A DNA stretch of 36,608 bases from Polymyxa betae A26-41 (lineage: Eukaryota; Protista; Endomyxa: Phytomyxea), in NCBI GenBank assembly GCA_003693705.1, contig RBZT01000152.1, forward strand, positions 1-36,608. Reading direction: 5' to 3'. Below, in pieces: positions 34,099-36,608 of this stretch. The position numbers were made by a program, and so were the translations under genes. Below the pieces are notes generated by a model. That model made no database searches, was not told the DNA's origin, and worked only from the letters and a program-made list of their open reading frames with translations. Within the stretch, counting starts at the first letter, position 1, and every line of letters begins with the position of its first letter.

Positions 34099-35900
34099 AT
34101 GGGACGCGGTGGCGCTAAGCTCGGCAAGGAGGTGAAAGGCGCCGGGCTGATGAATGACGCCGACCGGGCTGCGCTGGGGGCCGGCCTCCCGCCCGCCAGT
34201 GCCGGCGACCACGAAGCGGACGCGGCCGCGGCCCTGGCCGACATCCCCCGCAAGCTGGCCAAGCGTCAGGCCCTGATCACGGCCCTGAAAGGCCGCGCCG
34301 CCCAGAACACCGACCCGATCGCCGTCCATCAAGCCGACTGCAAGTGGCGCGCAACCCTCCGTCTGTTCCAGCGCCAGGCGCTCCTGGTCCGGGTCTTCGC
34401 GCACCGATTCGACCTCGATCGTCGTGTGCTCGGCGACAGTCTCCGGCGTCGCGACCTCGTCGAGACCGAGGCCGAACTCGACCAGCTGACGGTGCGGGCT
34501 GCGCGACGGCATCGCTCGCAGATGGACGAACTCACGGACGCCGCGTACTTGCGTCAGGTGGCGGATCTGGCCCGCTCCGAGGATGCCGCCCTCACCCGAC
34601 TGCATGTAGCGTTGGACGGCGAACGTAACGTGATCACGGCCGATCACGCTGACACGAAACGGGGCCTGGATGCAACGTTACAGGCCGTGGCCAAGGAACG
34701 CGCCGAGGGCGACGACGAAGCCACGGCCAAACTCGAGATGGAACGGGAACAGATCCGCGGCGCCAACGTCGAGGCCATCAACGAATTGCGCGTCGTACTG
34801 GACCGCGTCGTGGACGATCTCGAGCATCGATTCGATGCGGCTCATGCGGGGTATCTGCACTCGACCGAGGAGAGACAGCGCGAGTTCCGTGCGCTGTTCG
34901 ACCGGGATACGGCGCTGTCCGCGGATATCGGGAAGCGCATGGCCCGTGTGGAGGCCGTCACGCATGAGATCGCAATGTGGCGGAAGAAGGCGGCGAGGTC
35001 AGACCGTCTGCAACCCTCGGAAACCCTAAGTACCCTAAAACCCTAGTCGTCAGGTACCTGGTAGAGGCCGGCGCCCGGAACGCGGCTCTGAACCGCGAAC
35101 GCAGCTGCGTCCAGCGCCAGTTCTACGACCTGAAAGCCAACATGGTCAAAGTCCGTGACGCAGCCCGCGACCGCGTCAAACAGCTCGCTGTCCGCAGCAG
35201 GCAACGGCGCCGTGATCTGACCATGCATCTCGAACAGGCCGAACGCATCCTGAAGCTGGCCGAATGGGTCCGGGGCCAGCACGCCGACGACCCCGTGGCG
35301 GACGCCGAACTCCTGCAACTGGCGGAAGAGGCCCGGTCGAGTCCGTCGAACATGCGCGTCCTGATGGGACGCATGAACCGGGCCGAATTGTCCCGTCAAT
35401 ATGTCCGACAGAAACGTGACTGGTTACGAAAAGGTGGCGTTACTGTGCTATTTTACGTTTCTGTTCTATCTAACGTTGCAGTGCCATTTTACGTAACTGT
35501 GACATCTTACGCTATTGTGATATGTTACGTTACTTTGCGTTACGCCCACGCTGCAAATCCACTTTTCAGCCAGTTTATTCACTTCTGTTAACTCTCATGT
35601 CGCGTTTATGTTACATTTATGTTACCTGTAACAACTGGGTATTGAGCGTGCGTTCTGGATACAGAGAACGCCGAGCTGAAACAAACGTTACGTTCGTACC
35701 TAGATAACGTTACAGTGCCGCCGAACGTGCTGGACCAGAACAACTGCCTGGTCGTGGTGAACGGCAAACACAGCCTGCTGGATCCGGTGGCCGTCAAGTC
35801 AGCCTCCCGATCGGCAACATCAATGACACGGGATGTAACGCCTGGCGTCGACGCAGCCCTGGTAGCACGGCGCGACGCGAAACAGGACGTGCGGACGTAA
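34099..35900 (+). CDS. DRC2: Dynein regulatory complex subunit 2 (CCDC65), divergent, 3 exons
   Basis: Exons 34099-34997, 35054-35433 and 35665-35900. Motifs EREQIRGANVEAINELRVVLD, AHAGYLHSTEER, AERILKLAE and ENAELKQTLRSYLDNVTV...NCLVVVN match the CCDC65 pattern. Confidence 0.78.
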
Positions 35901-36330
35901 TGCCGCATTCAATCCATTTTTATCTCTAGTTCGTATAATTGTTAGTGTAACATAATATCACTTCCTATGTAACGTGTCTTGTCCGTGAGTATTGCGATCT
36001 ATGGAAGCCAAAACCCTTGTTTGGCGCTCTGCCTCAGTCCTTGTTTATGTGACCCCGAACGGCGTAACATAAATCTGTGCATCGGTACTAACAACGTTAC
36101 ACTCCCACTTGCGGAGTCAGATGATGATAAAGTGCGGCGTCATGCATTCGTAGTCCCGGACGGTTTCGTTTCAAGCCCAGGACGCTCGGTAGCGTCGGTA
36201 ACATAGTTCATAGTGGCCGATACGGGCGTCGGTAACGTATCACTCTGGCAGCAGGCTCGATCAGCAGCTTAGAAGAGTGCGGTATATTAGGCCGATAATG
36301 TTATTTTACTCAAGAATGATCTTGTAGAGA

Positions 36331-36608
36331 GATGGAATTTGGAAGGCCGCGCATCATGGTCCCTAAAGATGGAATTCGGAAGGCCGCGCAGCATGGTCCC
36401 TAAAGATGGAATTCGGAAGGCCGCGCAGCCTGGTCCCTAAAGATGGAATTCGGAAGGCCGCGCAGCCTGGTCCCTAAAGATGGAATTCGGAAGGCCGCGC
36501 AGCCTGGTCCTTAAAGATGGAATTTGGAAGGCCGCTCAGTCTGGTCCCTAAAGATGGAATTCGGAAGGCCGCGCAGCCTGGTCCTTAAAGATGGAATTTG
36601 GAAGGCCG
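36331..36608. repeat. 37-bp tandem repeat (GATGGAATTCGGAAGGCCGCGCAGCCTGGTCCCTAAA), 7.5 copies, runs off the window
   Basis: Units start at 36331, 36368, 36405, 36442, 36479, 36516, 36553 and 36590, with 0-3 substitutions each and no spacers. Confidence 0.97.

Noticed and set aside
36331-36608. CRISPR array (37-bp repeats)
   Set aside because: Units are directly adjacent with no unique spacers, there are no cas genes, and the context is eukaryotic.

Overview
Eukaryotic, intron-rich genomic DNA. Short GT-AG introns, a flagellar DRC2 gene, TTTTAGGG-type telomere-like motifs and mosaic GC content suggest a zoospore-forming protist, most likely a plasmodiophorid (inference). Genes in order: condensin subunit CND1/NCAPD2; a C2H2-ZF/PHD/AWS/SET/post-SET NSD-like histone methyltransferase; a ~4 kb block of decayed transposons (Myb/SANT remnant, hAT/BED, Ty3/Gypsy); an N-acylated His-repeat HPt phosphotransfer protein; an MLKL-NTD-like + Sel1-repeat protein; an EF-hand-like protein; a second NSD-like paralog with a different domain order and a degenerate SET domain; intronless DDX55/Spb4; mitochondrial uL23; two small membrane proteins; DRC2/CCDC65; and a terminal 37-bp tandem repeat. 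The most notable items are the pair of zinc-finger SET paralogs (one intact, one probable pseudo-enzyme), the membrane-tethered HPt protein, and GC-rich islands whose introns and flanks carry ACCCTAA, GTTAC or poly(dA:dT) motifs. All gene models were assembled by eye, and no database searches were run.
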